64,000 nucleotides of DNA from NCBI GenBank assembly GCA_041223485.1, contig JBCLQI010000005.1, one strand, 5' to 3'. Position numbers and translations under genes: made by a program. Numbering within the stretch: the first letter of the stretch is position 1; each line of letters starts with the position of its first letter. Source of the DNA: Lachnospiraceae bacterium 48-33 (GTDB lineage Bacteria; Bacillota; Clostridia; Lachnospirales; Lachnospiraceae). Below, piece after piece: positions 46,412 to 56,813 of the stretch. The notes beneath the pieces were generated by a model. It worked only from the letters and a program-made list of their open reading frames with translations, did no database searches and had not been told where the DNA came from.

Positions 46412-48651
46412 TTTACTGGTCCTTCATATTTAAAGATAGATACCGATACAGGTCCCAGTTTAATCGAAATCGTATTTTCTCTTCCGTCACATTCCTCTGG
46501 TTTTGAAATTACTGTTTTGGAATTTACCATTCCGAATCCTCCGAAATTGTCATCATCGCTGTTTAAAATTTCTCTGTACTGCCCTGCCTCTAGTACGCCG
46601 AATTTATATCTGGCATGAGGTACAGTATCAAAATTACAAAATACATAAAGAGTGTCCTCTGGCTTTGTGCCTTTTCTGATAAATGCACAGATACTCTTTT
46701 CATGAGTAGAACAGTTTATCCATTCAAAGCCCTCCGGACTCTGGTCAAGCTCATGCAGTGCAGGCTCCTCTGTATACAATCTGTTTAATTCCTTTACATA
46801 ATTCTGAACAAATTTATGTTTTTCATCTAAAAGGCTTTTCCAGTCAAGCTCTCTCTCCTCGCTCCACTCGCGGTATCCACCGAAGTCCTGTCCCATAAAC
46901 AGCAGCTTCTTTCCGGGATGTGTAAACATAAAGGTATAGGCGGCTCTCAGATTAGAAAAGCGGATATCCTCATCAGCGCCCGGCATCTTGCCAATCATGG
47001 AACCTTTCCCATGTACTACTTCATCATGAGATAATACAAGAATAAAATTTTCGCTGTATGCATATACCATGCTGAAAGTTAAAAGATTATAGTTGTCTTT
47101 TCTGTAATACGGGTCACATTTCATATAATTGGTAAAATCATTCATCCAGCCCATATTCCATTTCAAATCAAAGCCCAGTCCGTCTTCTTCCGGTGAACCT
47201 GTTACTTTTGGCCATGCGGTAGATTCCTCTGCGATAATCAACGCACCTCTGGTACGTTTTTTAAACTGGGTATTTAACTGCTGCAAAAATGCGATAGCAT
47301 CAAGATTTTCATGTCCTCCATACATATTTGCCACCCATTCTCCGTCATTTTTTCCATAATCAAGATACAGCATGGAAGCGACTGCATCCATACGGATTGC
47401 ATCTGCATGATACTGTTCTGCCCAGAACAGCGCATTTGCTGTTAAAAAGCTTTTTACTTCCGGTCTTGCATAATTATAAATCAAAGTTCCCCAGTGAGGA
47501 TGCTCACCCTGTCTTGGGTCCTGATGTTCATACAGGCATGTCCCGTCAAATCTTGCAAGCCCAAATTCATCTTTTGGAAAATGTGCAGGAACCCAGTCAA
47601 GAATCACACCGATTCCCTTAGAATGCATATAATCCATAAAATATGCAAAATCCTCTGGATTTCCATAGCGGGATGTCGGTGCGTAATACCCTGTAACCTG
47701 ATAACCCCACGAACCGTCAAACGGATGTTCCATTACAGGCATAAGCTCAATATGAGTATAATGCATATCAAGCACATATTCTGCCAGAAGAGGAGCAATC
47801 TCCCGATAAGTATAAAAGCTCTCTTTCTCCTCCACTCCTTCAATCTCCGGCTTTTTCCATGAGCCTAAATGAACCTCATAAATCGACATTGGAGTACTTT
47901 CAAGTTTCTTTTTCTCCCTCGCCTTTATCCATTTTTCATCTGTCCATTTAAAACTGCTGATATCTGTGGTTATTGATGCATTATCCGGCCGCTTCTGCGC
48001 CAAAAATGCATAAGGGTCCGCTTTTAAAACTACCTTTTCTCCATACTGTCTGATTTCATACTTGTACAATTCGCCTGTGGAAATTTCAGGAATAAACAAT
48101 TCAAAGACACCCGTATCATCGATTTTGTTCATCATATGCCTGCGTCCGTCCCACTGATTGAAATCACCTACCACGCTGACACGTTCTGCAAATGGCGCCC
48201 ATACGCCAAAGGTCATGCCTTTTACACCCTGTATTTCTGCCGGATGTGCGCCAAGATATTTGTAGATTTCATAATTCACGCCTGCATTGAATTTTTTCAG
48301 CTCCTCTATTGGAAGCACATTGTCAAACTGATAAGGGTCATAATATGTGACAGTACTGCCGTCTTCAAATTCTGCGATTACATGATACAGTCCTTTATTT
48401 GTCCCCGATACAAGCAGTGCAAAAAAATTCTCATCCATTTTTTCCATTGGGAGAAGCTTTTTTTCTTTGTCAAATCTGATAGATACAGATGTGGCATCCA
48501 ATACAAATACCTGTATCAATGTTTTTTTACCCTTTCGCTCGCTTGGTCCCAGAGTACATCGTGGACAGTCAATATCTGCATACTGCAGCCCTTCAATATC
48601 TGCCCAGTTCATTAAATCGTTTAAGTTTTCTTTCATATAGTAAACCTCCAA
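46408..48651 (-). CDS. glgB: 1,4-alpha-glucan branching enzyme
   Basis: GH13 motifs (DWVPAHF, GFDGLRMDAV-like AIRMDAV, IAEEST, HDEVVHGK). 747 aa with an N-terminal CBM48-like region. Confidence 0.9.
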   Translation of the reverse strand: MEVYYMKENLNDLMNWADIEGLQYADIDCPRCTLGPSERKGKKTLIQVFVLDATSVSIRFDKEKKLLPMEKMDENFFALLVSGTNKGLYHVIAEFEDGSTVTYYDPYQFDNVLPIEELKKFNAGVNYEIYKYLGAHPAEIQGVKGMTFGVWAPFAERVSVVGDFNQWDGRRHMMNKIDDTGVFELFIPEISTGELYKYEIRQYGEKVVLKADPYAFLAQKRPDNASITTDISSFKWTDEKWIKAREKKKLESTPMSIYEVHLGSWKKPEIEGVEEKESFYTYREIAPLLAEYVLDMHYTHIELMPVMEHPFDGSWGYQVTGYYAPTSRYGNPEDFAYFMDYMHSKGIGVILDWVPAHFPKDEFGLARFDGTCLYEHQDPRQGEHPHWGTLIYNYARPEVKSFLTANALFWAEQYHADAIRMDAVASMLYLDYGKNDGEWVANMYGGHENLDAIAFLQQLNTQFKKRTRGALIIAEESTAWPKVTGSPEEDGLGFDLKWNMGWMNDFTNYMKCDPYYRKDNYNLLTFSMVYAYSENFILVLSHDEVVHGKGSMIGKMPGADEDIRFSNLRAAYTFMFTHPGKKLLFMGQDFGGYREWSEERELDWKSLLDEKHKFVQNYVKELNRLYTEEPALHELDQSPEGFEWINCSTHEKSICAFIRKGTKPEDTLYVFCNFDTVPHARYKFGVLEAGQYREILNSDDDNFGGFGMVNSKTVISKPEECDGRENTISIKLGPVSVSIFKYEGPVK

Positions 48652-48804
48652 AAAATATTTGCGCAGAGCATCATGCTTCGCTTAATGATATTAGTCATCA
48701 AACCTTGTTTGATGACATTATATCATGAAAACAGGAATCTGTCTATTTACTTCTTACAAAACCTTTCATAATACATGTTCTGCAATTCTAATCATTCATG
48801 TATT

Positions 48805-50091
48805 TTAAAGAAAAAATCTGCATACAAATTTCTCAAGATATGCCTGGTCCCATATTCCCATCATCTCCCTTGCGGAATGCATGGCAAGTACAGGAACTCC
48901 GATATCAACCGAGCGCATTGGAAGATATTTATTTGCAATTGTTCCAAGAGTGCTTCCCGTTGTGCCGTCGGAGCGAACTGCATATTTTTGATATGGGATA
49001 TCAGCAGCCTTGCATATCTGTTCTACAATGGCGATAGATTCGCTGTCTGTTGCATAGGACTGCGACGAAGCGCGTTTTATTACAATTCCATGATTTAAAA
49101 GATTGATATTTGTAGGGTCTGACTTTTCCGGCCTGTTCGGGTGAAATCCATGTGCGACGTCTAAAGACAGTAAAAATCCGTTTAAAATTTTATCAATATA
49201 GCTTTCTCTGTCCATTCCAAGAGTCAGATATATTTTTTCCAGCACCATGGATAAAAGTCCGGAATCTGCGCCCTGTTTTGTCCTGCTTCCAATTTCTTCG
49301 TTATCAAATAATGCGATAAAATTAATACCCGATACAGGCTGAGTGTTGATAATTCCTGAAAGGCATGCTTCTATCGAAGTTGTGTTGTCAAGTCTTGGAG
49401 CAGATATAAAATCATTATTCAGTCCGAATACACAGCCCTCCTCTGCATTATATACATATAATTCAAAATCAAGAATATCCTCTGTCTTTACTCCGGATTC
49501 TTCTGCAAGATACTCTATAAAAAACCGGTTTGTATTTATAGTTTCATCCAGCATTCCGCAGACTGGCAGCATATCTGTCTGTTTATTCAATTCTGTACCT
49601 TTATTTATTTCTCTGTTTAAATGAATCGCCAGATTTGGAATCGTAAAAAGGGGCCGTTCAAAATCTATGATTTTCTTTTTTGGCTGATACAGATTGCTGC
49701 TTTTCATTGTAACTTTTCCTGATACAGATAACGGTCTGTCCAGCCACGTATTTAGAATAGCACCACCATAAACTTCAGTATTTACTTTTTCATACCCTTT
49801 TACTGCTATTTCAGGATTTGGTTTGATATACAGGCAGGGATGGTCTGTATGGGCGGCTGCAATTTTTAACATTCCTTCAAAACTTTCTCCTATGGTAAAT
49901 GCAAATAGTCCCGAATCATATATGTTTATAAAATATTTTCCTTCTTTTTCAAGAGTCCATTTTTCATTCAGGCTTAATTCGTCAAATCCACGCTGATACA
50001 AACGGTTTATGGCGTTAGAAACAGCAGTAAAGGAACAAGTTGATTTTGATATGGTATTTAATAAATTTTTGGCTGTTTTTTCTATTTTCAT
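48805..50091 (-). CDS. M18-family aminopeptidase (aspartyl aminopeptidase-like)
   Basis: AAHTDHPCL motif and the overall M18 pattern, 428 aa. Confidence 0.85.
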   Translation of the reverse strand: MKIEKTAKNLLNTISKSTCSFTAVSNAINRLYQRGFDELSLNEKWTLEKEGKYFINIYDSGLFAFTIGESFEGMLKIAAAHTDHPCLYIKPNPEIAVKGYEKVNTEVYGGAILNTWLDRPLSVSGKVTMKSSNLYQPKKKIIDFERPLFTIPNLAIHLNREINKGTELNKQTDMLPVCGMLDETINTNRFFIEYLAEESGVKTEDILDFELYVYNAEEGCVFGLNNDFISAPRLDNTTSIEACLSGIINTQPVSGINFIALFDNEEIGSRTKQGADSGLLSMVLEKIYLTLGMDRESYIDKILNGFLLSLDVAHGFHPNRPEKSDPTNINLLNHGIVIKRASSQSYATDSESIAIVEQICKAADIPYQKYAVRSDGTTGSTLGTIANKYLPMRSVDIGVPVLAMHSAREMMGIWDQAYLEKFVCRFFL

Positions 50092-50103
50092 AAGATTTCC
50101 CTC

Positions 50104-50808
50104 CTAAAAAATATTTCTTGCTTCTCGATTTCTGACATAAATTCTGCTTGGTCTGTGGGCCCCTTCCGTTTCCATTTTATCTGTTTCCAATACAAATTCT
50201 TTGATTTTTTTTCTAAAATTTGCTTTATAAAGTGATTTTCCTAAAAGAATCTCATATATTTTCTGTAATTTGGGCAGAGTAAATTCTTCGCCTACAAAAT
50301 GAAACGGCATACAGGTATATTCTGTTTTATTTCTTATACGTTCTCTTGCATACCTTAAAATTTCTTTATGGTCAAAAGCAATCTTTTTATCTCCCTGAAT
50401 AATATCTTCCAAATCATAAAATCCAGCCCGAAGCACTCTTTTTCCCGCCTTTATATGAATCTTTTCAAAAGGAAGCAATGCCATATAAGAAACGGAAATC
50501 ACTCTGGTGCGCGGGTCCCTGTCTATCGCACCCCATGTGTAGAGCTGTTCTAAATATACCTCATCCATAACACCGGCTTCTTCCCGAATTCCTCTTAACG
50601 CTGCCTCGTCCAAGGTTTCATCTACTCCTACAAATACTCCCGGCAGAGCAGGCATACCCTGAAAAGGCATCTCGCTTCTCTCTATCATAAGAACCTTCAA
50701 TTTGTCATTTTCTATGGTAATAAGCAGAAAATCTACTGCAACACAAGGCTTTTCGTAAATATCAGACCGGTATTCCGATAAAAATGCTTCTTCCCTGTTT
50801 TTATCCAT
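50104..50808 (-). CDS. NUDIX hydrolase with a C-terminal winged-helix-like domain (NrtR-like)
   Basis: Nudix box GVDETLDEAALRGIREEAGV. Confidence 0.7.
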   Translation of the reverse strand: MDKNREEAFLSEYRSDIYEKPCVAVDFLLITIENDKLKVLMIERSEMPFQGMPALPGVFVGVDETLDEAALRGIREEAGVMDEVYLEQLYTWGAIDRDPRTRVISVSYMALLPFEKIHIKAGKRVLRAGFYDLEDIIQGDKKIAFDHKEILRYARERIRNKTEYTCMPFHFVGEEFTLPKLQKIYEILLGKSLYKANFRKKIKEFVLETDKMETEGAHRPSRIYVRNREARNIF

Positions 50809-50832
50809 TTTTTTCCTCCTTTTTCGTAAATC

Positions 50833-50874
50833 AACAAAAGCAGACCTGCCTGTAACTGCAAATCTGCTTTTGTT
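50833..50874 (-). terminator. Terminator hairpin after serA
   Basis: AACAAAAGCAGA...TCTGCTTTTGTT, a 12 bp stem. Confidence 0.45.
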
Positions 50875-50933
50875 AAATAATCAGTGTTTATATCAGTTGT
50901 GTTTGTAAAATCATATATTTTTATTCTACTGCT

Positions 50934-52097
50934 TTATTTTACAACGCGAACCTTTATTACTCCATTTATAGATTTAATTTTATCTATTGCCGCTTTTGTT
51001 ACCTCAGAGTCAAGGTCCAGCAGTGTATATGCATAATTTCCTTTGCTCTTGTTTACCATCTCGGAAATATTTATATTGGAAGCTGCCATGGCACCGGTAA
51101 ACTGTGAAATCAGATTCGGGATATTTTTATGGCAGACAGCGATTCTTCCGGCCTTTGTACATACACCCATATCACAGGAAGGATAATTAACTGAATTTTT
51201 GATATTTCCATTTTCAATAAAATCAACAATCTGCTTTACTGCCATTACTGCGCAGTTATCCTCCGATTCCTCTGTTGAAGCTCCCAGATGTGGAAACGCA
51301 ATAACTCCCTTCATGTTTGCCGATTTGGCATTTGGAAAATCAGTTACATAATGTTTTACCTTTCCTTCGGCAAGAGCCTCAGCCATATCATCATCATTTA
51401 CAAGAAGGTCTCTTGCGAAATTGATAATAATGACTCCCTGTTTCATCATGGAAATAGATGCCTTGTTAATCATGCCCTTTGTATCATCAAGCAATGGCAC
51501 ATGAACAGTAATAAAATCACACTGGCTGTATACTTCCGCATTGGTTTTTACAAGCTTTACTTTATGAGAAAGATTTAATGCGTTTGCAACGGAAAGATAT
51601 GGGTCACAGCCGATTACCTTCATGCCAAGTGCTACTGCTGCATCTGCAACCAGCACGCCTATGGCTCCAAGACCAATTACGCCGAGTGTCTTGCCCTTGA
51701 TTTCTGTTCCGGCAAATGCTTTTTTTGCCTTTTCCATGCTTTTATTAATATTCCTGTCTTCCTTATTATCTGCCACCCACTGCATACCGCCTCTTAAATC
51801 TCTGGAAGCAAGCAGCATACCGGCAAGAACCAGCTCTTTTACACCATTTGCATTTGCACCCGGAGTATTAAATACTACAATTCCTTTTTCGGCACACTTC
51901 TCAAGCGGAATATTATTGACGCCTGCTCCGGCTCTTGCCACTGCGGTCAGACTGTCAGAAAGCTCCAGTTCATGCATGGATGCGCTCCTTACAAGCACTG
52001 CATCTGCTTCTGCAAAGCTGTCCGTTGTGCCAAACGTATCCGGCAGCAGACTCATTCCTGCTTTTGCAATCGGATTTAAACAATTTACTTTTACCAT
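50934..52097 (-). CDS. serA: D-3-phosphoglycerate dehydrogenase
   Basis: NAD-binding motif GVIGLGAIG, a D-2-hydroxyacid dehydrogenase core, and a C-terminal ACT-like domain. Confidence 0.85.
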   Translation of the reverse strand: MVKVNCLNPIAKAGMSLLPDTFGTTDSFAEADAVLVRSASMHELELSDSLTAVARAGAGVNNIPLEKCAEKGIVVFNTPGANANGVKELVLAGMLLASRDLRGGMQWVADNKEDRNINKSMEKAKKAFAGTEIKGKTLGVIGLGAIGVLVADAAVALGMKVIGCDPYLSVANALNLSHKVKLVKTNAEVYSQCDFITVHVPLLDDTKGMINKASISMMKQGVIIINFARDLLVNDDDMAEALAEGKVKHYVTDFPNAKSANMKGVIAFPHLGASTEESEDNCAVMAVKQIVDFIENGNIKNSVNYPSCDMGVCTKAGRIAVCHKNIPNLISQFTGAMAASNINISEMVNKSKGNYAYTLLDLDSEVTKAAIDKIKSINGVIKVRVVK

Positions 52098-52220
52098 TTT
52101 TGTTACCTTCTTTCTTAGATATTATCATTTATTAGATATCACAGCACCAGAAACTATCCTTCACGATTCCCTGTCGGGAATCGCTCAATCGGCTGTAATA
52201 TTTGACAAAAGGAAGAAAAA

Positions 52221-53303
52221 TTAACAGTTTTCCACTTCAAACTTTTTCATAAATTCTACTAATTTTTCAACTCCTTCTATCGGCATTGCATTATAGATGC
52301 TGGCCCTCATTCCACCAACAGTTCTATGTCCCTTCAGATTTTCAAAGCCGGCCTCTTTTGCTTCTTTTACAAACTTTGCATCCAACTCAGCATCTCCTGT
52401 AACAAATGGAACATTCATAAGAGAACGGTCCTCTGGAACAACTGTACCTTTAAAAAGCCTGCTCTCATCCAGATAATCATAAAGAATCTTTGCTTTTTTC
52501 TCATTCAGCTCTTTCATGGCCTGCAATCCGCCCATTTTCTTTATCCATTTAAATACCTTGCCACAGATATAAATTCCATAGCATGGAGGTGTATTATATA
52601 ACGAATCTGCATCTGCATGAGTTTTATATTTCATCATGGTTGGTGTACCCGGAAGTACATCTTCTGTAATCAAATCTTCTCTGACAATCGCAATTACAAC
52701 ACCGGCAGGTCCGATATTTTTCTGTACACCACCATAAATTACACCATATTTTGAAACATCTACGGGCTCTGATAAGAAACAAGAAGAAACATCCGCTACC
52801 AGCGTCTTGCCTTTTGTATTTGGAAGTGTTTTATATTTTGTACCATAAATGGTATTATTTTCACAGATATATACATAATCTGCATCCTCTGGAATATCAA
52901 GGTCCGAACAATCCGGAATATAGGAAAATGTCTTATCCTCCGAGGAGGCAACCTTTACAGCTTCACCATATATCTGTGCTTCCTGATATGCCTTTTTCGC
53001 CCACTGTCCTGTTACAATATAAGCAGCCTTTTTATTCTTCATAAGATTCATTGGAATCATTGCAAACTGAAGAGATGCGCCGCCCTGAAGGAACAGCACT
53101 TTATAGTTGTCAGGGATATTCATGATATCTCTTAAATCCTGTTCAGCCTCTTTAATAATTGTATCATATACTTTTGACCTGTGGCTCATTTCCATAACAG
53201 ACATACCACAGCCCTTATAATCGAGCATTTCCTCCGCAGCTTCTTTTAATACCTCTTCCGGCAGAACTGCGGGTCCTGCTGAAAAATTATAAACTCTTCC
53301 CAT
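52221..53303 (-). CDS. serC: Phosphoserine aminotransferase
   Basis: MGRVYNFSAGPAVLPEEVL N-terminus and a class-V aminotransferase pattern. Confidence 0.9.
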   Translation of the reverse strand: MGRVYNFSAGPAVLPEEVLKEAAEEMLDYKGCGMSVMEMSHRSKVYDTIIKEAEQDLRDIMNIPDNYKVLFLQGGASLQFAMIPMNLMKNKKAAYIVTGQWAKKAYQEAQIYGEAVKVASSEDKTFSYIPDCSDLDIPEDADYVYICENNTIYGTKYKTLPNTKGKTLVADVSSCFLSEPVDVSKYGVIYGGVQKNIGPAGVVIAIVREDLITEDVLPGTPTMMKYKTHADADSLYNTPPCYGIYICGKVFKWIKKMGGLQAMKELNEKKAKILYDYLDESRLFKGTVVPEDRSLMNVPFVTGDAELDAKFVKEAKEAGFENLKGHRTVGGMRASIYNAMPIEGVEKLVEFMKKFEVENC

Positions 53304-53314
53304 TTCAAGAGCCT

Positions 53315-53393
53315 CCTTGTATCATAAAATTTCCTTGTATAATATTTCCTTGTATAATATTTCCTTGTATAATATTTCCTTATTTTAAATTTT
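53315..53393. repeat. Tandem 15-bp repeat CCTTGTATAATATTT x3 (53333-53377), flanked by a degenerate copy on each side
   Basis: Directly visible in the sequence. It sits immediately 5' of the serC start codon, and the serC ribosome-binding site (ACAAGGAGG) is part of the proximal degenerate unit. Confidence 0.8.
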
Positions 53394-53399
53394 CTTACT

Positions 53400-55091
53400 T
53401 TATTTTTCTAAATCTTCCGCACTAAACGCTTCTGAAATAGCGGCTCCCGGCGCAACCATCGGGAATACCTTGTCATCACTGTCAATCTGACAGTCAATTA
53501 CAACCGGCGCATTTAATGAAATGGCTTCTTTTAATGCATCTGCTACTTCTTCCTTCTTTGTTACCCGAATACCCTTTGCACCAAGACTTTCGGCAAGCTT
53601 TACAAAATCTACGCCGTCTCTTAAAGTAGTATTTGAATATCTCTGTCCATAGAACAATGTCTGCCACTGACGAACCATGCCCAGTACATGATTATTAATC
53701 ACCACCTGAATAATCGGAATATTGTATCTAGCAGCAGTTGCGATTTCATTCATATTCATCCGGAAACATCCATCGCCTGCAATATTAAGTACTGTTTTGT
53801 CCGGTCTTCCAAGCTTTGCTCCCAGAGAAGCGCCAAGTCCGTAGCCCATGGTTCCAAGTCCTCCGGAAGTGATAAGCTGTCTGCCTTCTTTATATTTATA
53901 AAACTGAGCTGCCCACATCTGATGCTGTCCAACTTCTGTTGTAATAATAGCATCTCCCTTTGTAACATTATAAATCTGTTCCATAATATATGGAGCTGTC
54001 AGACCTTCGTGGCTGTATGACAGAGGATATTTTTTCATGCTTTCCAGAATTTCCTTCATCCATTCGGATTTATCCTCAATTTTTGCGCTTTCAAGCTTTT
54101 TATTTAATCTCTTTAATATCTCTTTGGCATCTCCGATAATGCTTGCGTCAGTTTTAATATTTTTATTTATTTCAGCCTCGTCAATATCAATCTGCACAAT
54201 TTTTGCGTTTGAGGCAAATTTACTTGTATTTCCTGTTACTCTGTCGCTGAATCTCGCACCGATAACAATTAATAAATCACATTTTGATACACCGAAATTC
54301 GATGTCTTTGTACCATGCATGCCAAGCATTCCGGTATAATTCTCTTTTGTACCATTATAAGCACCTTTTCCCATAAGAGAATCACATACCGGCGCACCAG
54401 TAAGCTCTGCAAAACGGGCAAGTTCTTCTTCACATTCCGATGCAATTGCACCGCCTCCGACAAAGATAAACGGTTTCTGTGATTCACAGATATATTTTAC
54501 AGCCTCATCAATGGCATTTTCCTTAATTGTATCAATAACTGGAAGTATTTCTGGCGGCTGCTCTGGTGTATATTCATATTTATTTTTCGGGTCGGTTACA
54601 TCCTTTGTAAAATCCACAAGAACTGGTCCCGGTCTTCCGCTTTTTGCTATTTTAAATGCTCTTCTAAGCGTTGAAGCAACATCTTTAATATCCTTTACAA
54701 TAAAGTTATGCTTGGTAATCGGCATTGTGATGCCTGCAATATCAATCTCCTGAAAAGAATCCTTTCCAAGCAGTGTTTTTCCTACATTTGCAGTAATTGC
54801 AACCAACGGAATGGAATCCATATAGGCTGTGGCAATACCTGTAACAAGGTTTGTTGCTCCCGGACCGGAGGTCGCCATACATACGCCCACCTTTCCTGTC
54901 GCCCTTGCATATCCGTCGGCAGCATGTGCCGCTCCCTGCTCATGTGATGTGAGAACATGCCTGATTTCTTCCGAATGTTTGTATAATTCATCATATACAT
55001 TCAAAATTGTACCACCCGGATAACCGAATACAGTATCTACGCCCTGTTCCTTTAAGCATTCAATGATTATTTCTGAACCAGATAATAACAT
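53400..55091 (-). CDS. ilvB: Acetolactate synthase, large (catalytic) subunit
   Basis: ThDP-enzyme motifs (GYPGG, GDG...N). The start is placed at MLLSGSEII (55091), which has a GGAAAGGA ribosome-binding site. The ORF track extends to 55244 and overlaps ilvD. Confidence 0.9.
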   Translation of the reverse strand: MLLSGSEIIIECLKEQGVDTVFGYPGGTILNVYDELYKHSEEIRHVLTSHEQGAAHAADGYARATGKVGVCMATSGPGATNLVTGIATAYMDSIPLVAITANVGKTLLGKDSFQEIDIAGITMPITKHNFIVKDIKDVASTLRRAFKIAKSGRPGPVLVDFTKDVTDPKNKYEYTPEQPPEILPVIDTIKENAIDEAVKYICESQKPFIFVGGGAIASECEEELARFAELTGAPVCDSLMGKGAYNGTKENYTGMLGMHGTKTSNFGVSKCDLLIVIGARFSDRVTGNTSKFASNAKIVQIDIDEAEINKNIKTDASIIGDAKEILKRLNKKLESAKIEDKSEWMKEILESMKKYPLSYSHEGLTAPYIMEQIYNVTKGDAIITTEVGQHQMWAAQFYKYKEGRQLITSGGLGTMGYGLGASLGAKLGRPDKTVLNIAGDGCFRMNMNEIATAARYNIPIIQVVINNHVLGMVRQWQTLFYGQRYSNTTLRDGVDFVKLAESLGAKGIRVTKKEEVADALKEAISLNAPVVIDCQIDSDDKVFPMVAPGAAISEAFSAEDLEK

Positions 55092-55110
55092 ATCCTTTCC
55101 CCTTCCTTTT

Positions 55111-56772
55111 CTATAAACTCTTAAGTACCGCGCCTCTGTCTGCTGAAGTGACAAGTGACGCATATCTTGCAAGATAGCCGGATACTTCATTTTTCCGCGG
55201 TTTCCAGTTTTCTTTTCTCTTTGCAAGAACTTCATCAGAAACATTTAAATTAAGAGTATGATTATCAATATCAATACTAATCATATCTCCTTCTTCCACA
55301 AATGCAATCGGTCCGCCCACAGCAGCCTCCGGTGAAACATGCCCAATCGATGCTCCTCTTGACGCTCCTGAAAATCTGCCGTCTGTAATCAGTGCTACGG
55401 TAGAGCCAAGTCCCATTCCGGCAATCGCCGAGGTAGGATTTAACATTTCTCTCATGCCCGGTCCGCCTTTTGGACCTTCATAACGAATGACTACAACGTC
55501 TCCATCAACAATTTTTCCACCCTTAATTGCGGCAATTGCATCCTCTTCGCAGTCGAACACTCTGGCAGGCCCCTCGTGCTTTAACATCTCCGGTGCAACA
55601 GCAGAACGTTTTACAACAGCAGAATCCGGTGCAAGATTTCCTCTCAGCACGGCGATTCCGCCTACTTCACTGTATGGATTTTCCACAGGCCGGATTACTT
55701 CAGGATTTTTATTCATACAACCTTTGATATTTTCTCCAACAGTTTTTCCGGTTACGGTCATGCAGTCAGTCTCTAAAAGACCTTTTTTATTTAATTCATT
55801 CATAACTGCATAGACACCGCCGGCCTCATTCAGCTCTTCGATATAAGTATGCCCTGCCGGTGCAAGATGACATAAATTCGGTGTTCTGGCACTGATTTCA
55901 TTTGCAATGTCAAGATTAATTTCCACACCGGCTTCATGTGCAATTGCCGGAAGATGAAGCATGCTGTTTGTACTGCATCCAAGTGCCATATCTACCGTAA
56001 GCGCATTACGGAATGCCTTTTCTGTCATAATATCCCTTGGCCGGATATTATTTTTTAGCATTTCCATTACTTGCATGCCGGCATGTTTTGCCAGCTTGAT
56101 TCTGTCAGAATAGACTGCCGGAATTGTACCGTTTCCTTTTAGTCCCATGCCAAGCGCTTCTGTAAGACAATTCATGGAATTTGCTGTATACATTCCCGAA
56201 CAGGAACCACAGGTCGGACATGCATGCTCTTCAAAGTCCTTTACATCCTCTTCTGTCATTTTTCCTGCTGCATAGGAGCCTACGGCCTCAAACATACTCG
56301 AAAGAGAAGTCTTACAGCCCTTTACATGCCCTGCAAGCATAGGTCCGCCGCTGACAAATACAGTTGGAATATTCAAGCGTGCAGCCGCCATTAAAAGTCC
56401 CGGCACATTTTTATCACAGTTTGGAATCATAACAAGAGCATCAAACTGGTGGGCCAATGCCATACATTCGGTAGAATCGGCAATCAAATCCCGTGTGACC
56501 AGAGAATATTTCATCCCTGTATGTCCCATTGCAATCCCGTCGCAGACCGCAATCGCTGGAAACATGACAGGCGTTCCTCCTGCCATCGCAACACCAAGCT
56601 TTACGGCATCTGCAATTTTATCAATATTCATATGTCCTGGTACGATTTCATTATAAGAGCTGACAATACCAATTAATGGCTTTTTCAGCTCTTCCTCTGT
56701 CATTCCCAATGCGTTAAATAAGGAACGATGCGGCGCCTGCTGCATTCCCTTTGTTACTGCATCACTTCTCAT
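55111..56772 (-). CDS. ilvD: Dihydroxy-acid dehydratase
   Basis: IlvD/EDD signatures (CDKNVPG, the SGGPMLAGH region, a C-terminal Ser motif). Confidence 0.95.
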   Translation of the reverse strand: MRSDAVTKGMQQAPHRSLFNALGMTEEELKKPLIGIVSSYNEIVPGHMNIDKIADAVKLGVAMAGGTPVMFPAIAVCDGIAMGHTGMKYSLVTRDLIADSTECMALAHQFDALVMIPNCDKNVPGLLMAAARLNIPTVFVSGGPMLAGHVKGCKTSLSSMFEAVGSYAAGKMTEEDVKDFEEHACPTCGSCSGMYTANSMNCLTEALGMGLKGNGTIPAVYSDRIKLAKHAGMQVMEMLKNNIRPRDIMTEKAFRNALTVDMALGCSTNSMLHLPAIAHEAGVEINLDIANEISARTPNLCHLAPAGHTYIEELNEAGGVYAVMNELNKKGLLETDCMTVTGKTVGENIKGCMNKNPEVIRPVENPYSEVGGIAVLRGNLAPDSAVVKRSAVAPEMLKHEGPARVFDCEEDAIAAIKGGKIVDGDVVVIRYEGPKGGPGMREMLNPTSAIAGMGLGSTVALITDGRFSGASRGASIGHVSPEAAVGGPIAFVEEGDMISIDIDNHTLNLNVSDEVLAKRKENWKPRKNEVSGYLARYASLVTSADRGAVLKSL

Positions 56773-56813
56773 AATCTCTACTTCCTTTCAAGAAATTTAT
56801 TTTATTTCTATAT

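Noticed and set aside
51622-52224. 200-aa plus-strand ORF, Ser/Ala/Thr/Pro-rich, antisense to serA
   Set aside because: Mirror-frame artefact of a GC-richer, highly conserved gene. No start context.
53315-53393. Possible CRISPR array
   Set aside because: The units are only 15 bp, directly contiguous with no spacers, and no cas genes are present. It is a simple tandem repeat.
55092-55244. Longer ilvB start (MFLMKF...) overlapping ilvD
   Set aside because: The extension has no ribosome-binding site and overlaps the ilvD 3' end. The conserved IlvB N-terminus begins at MLLSGSEII, which has a strong ribosome-binding site.
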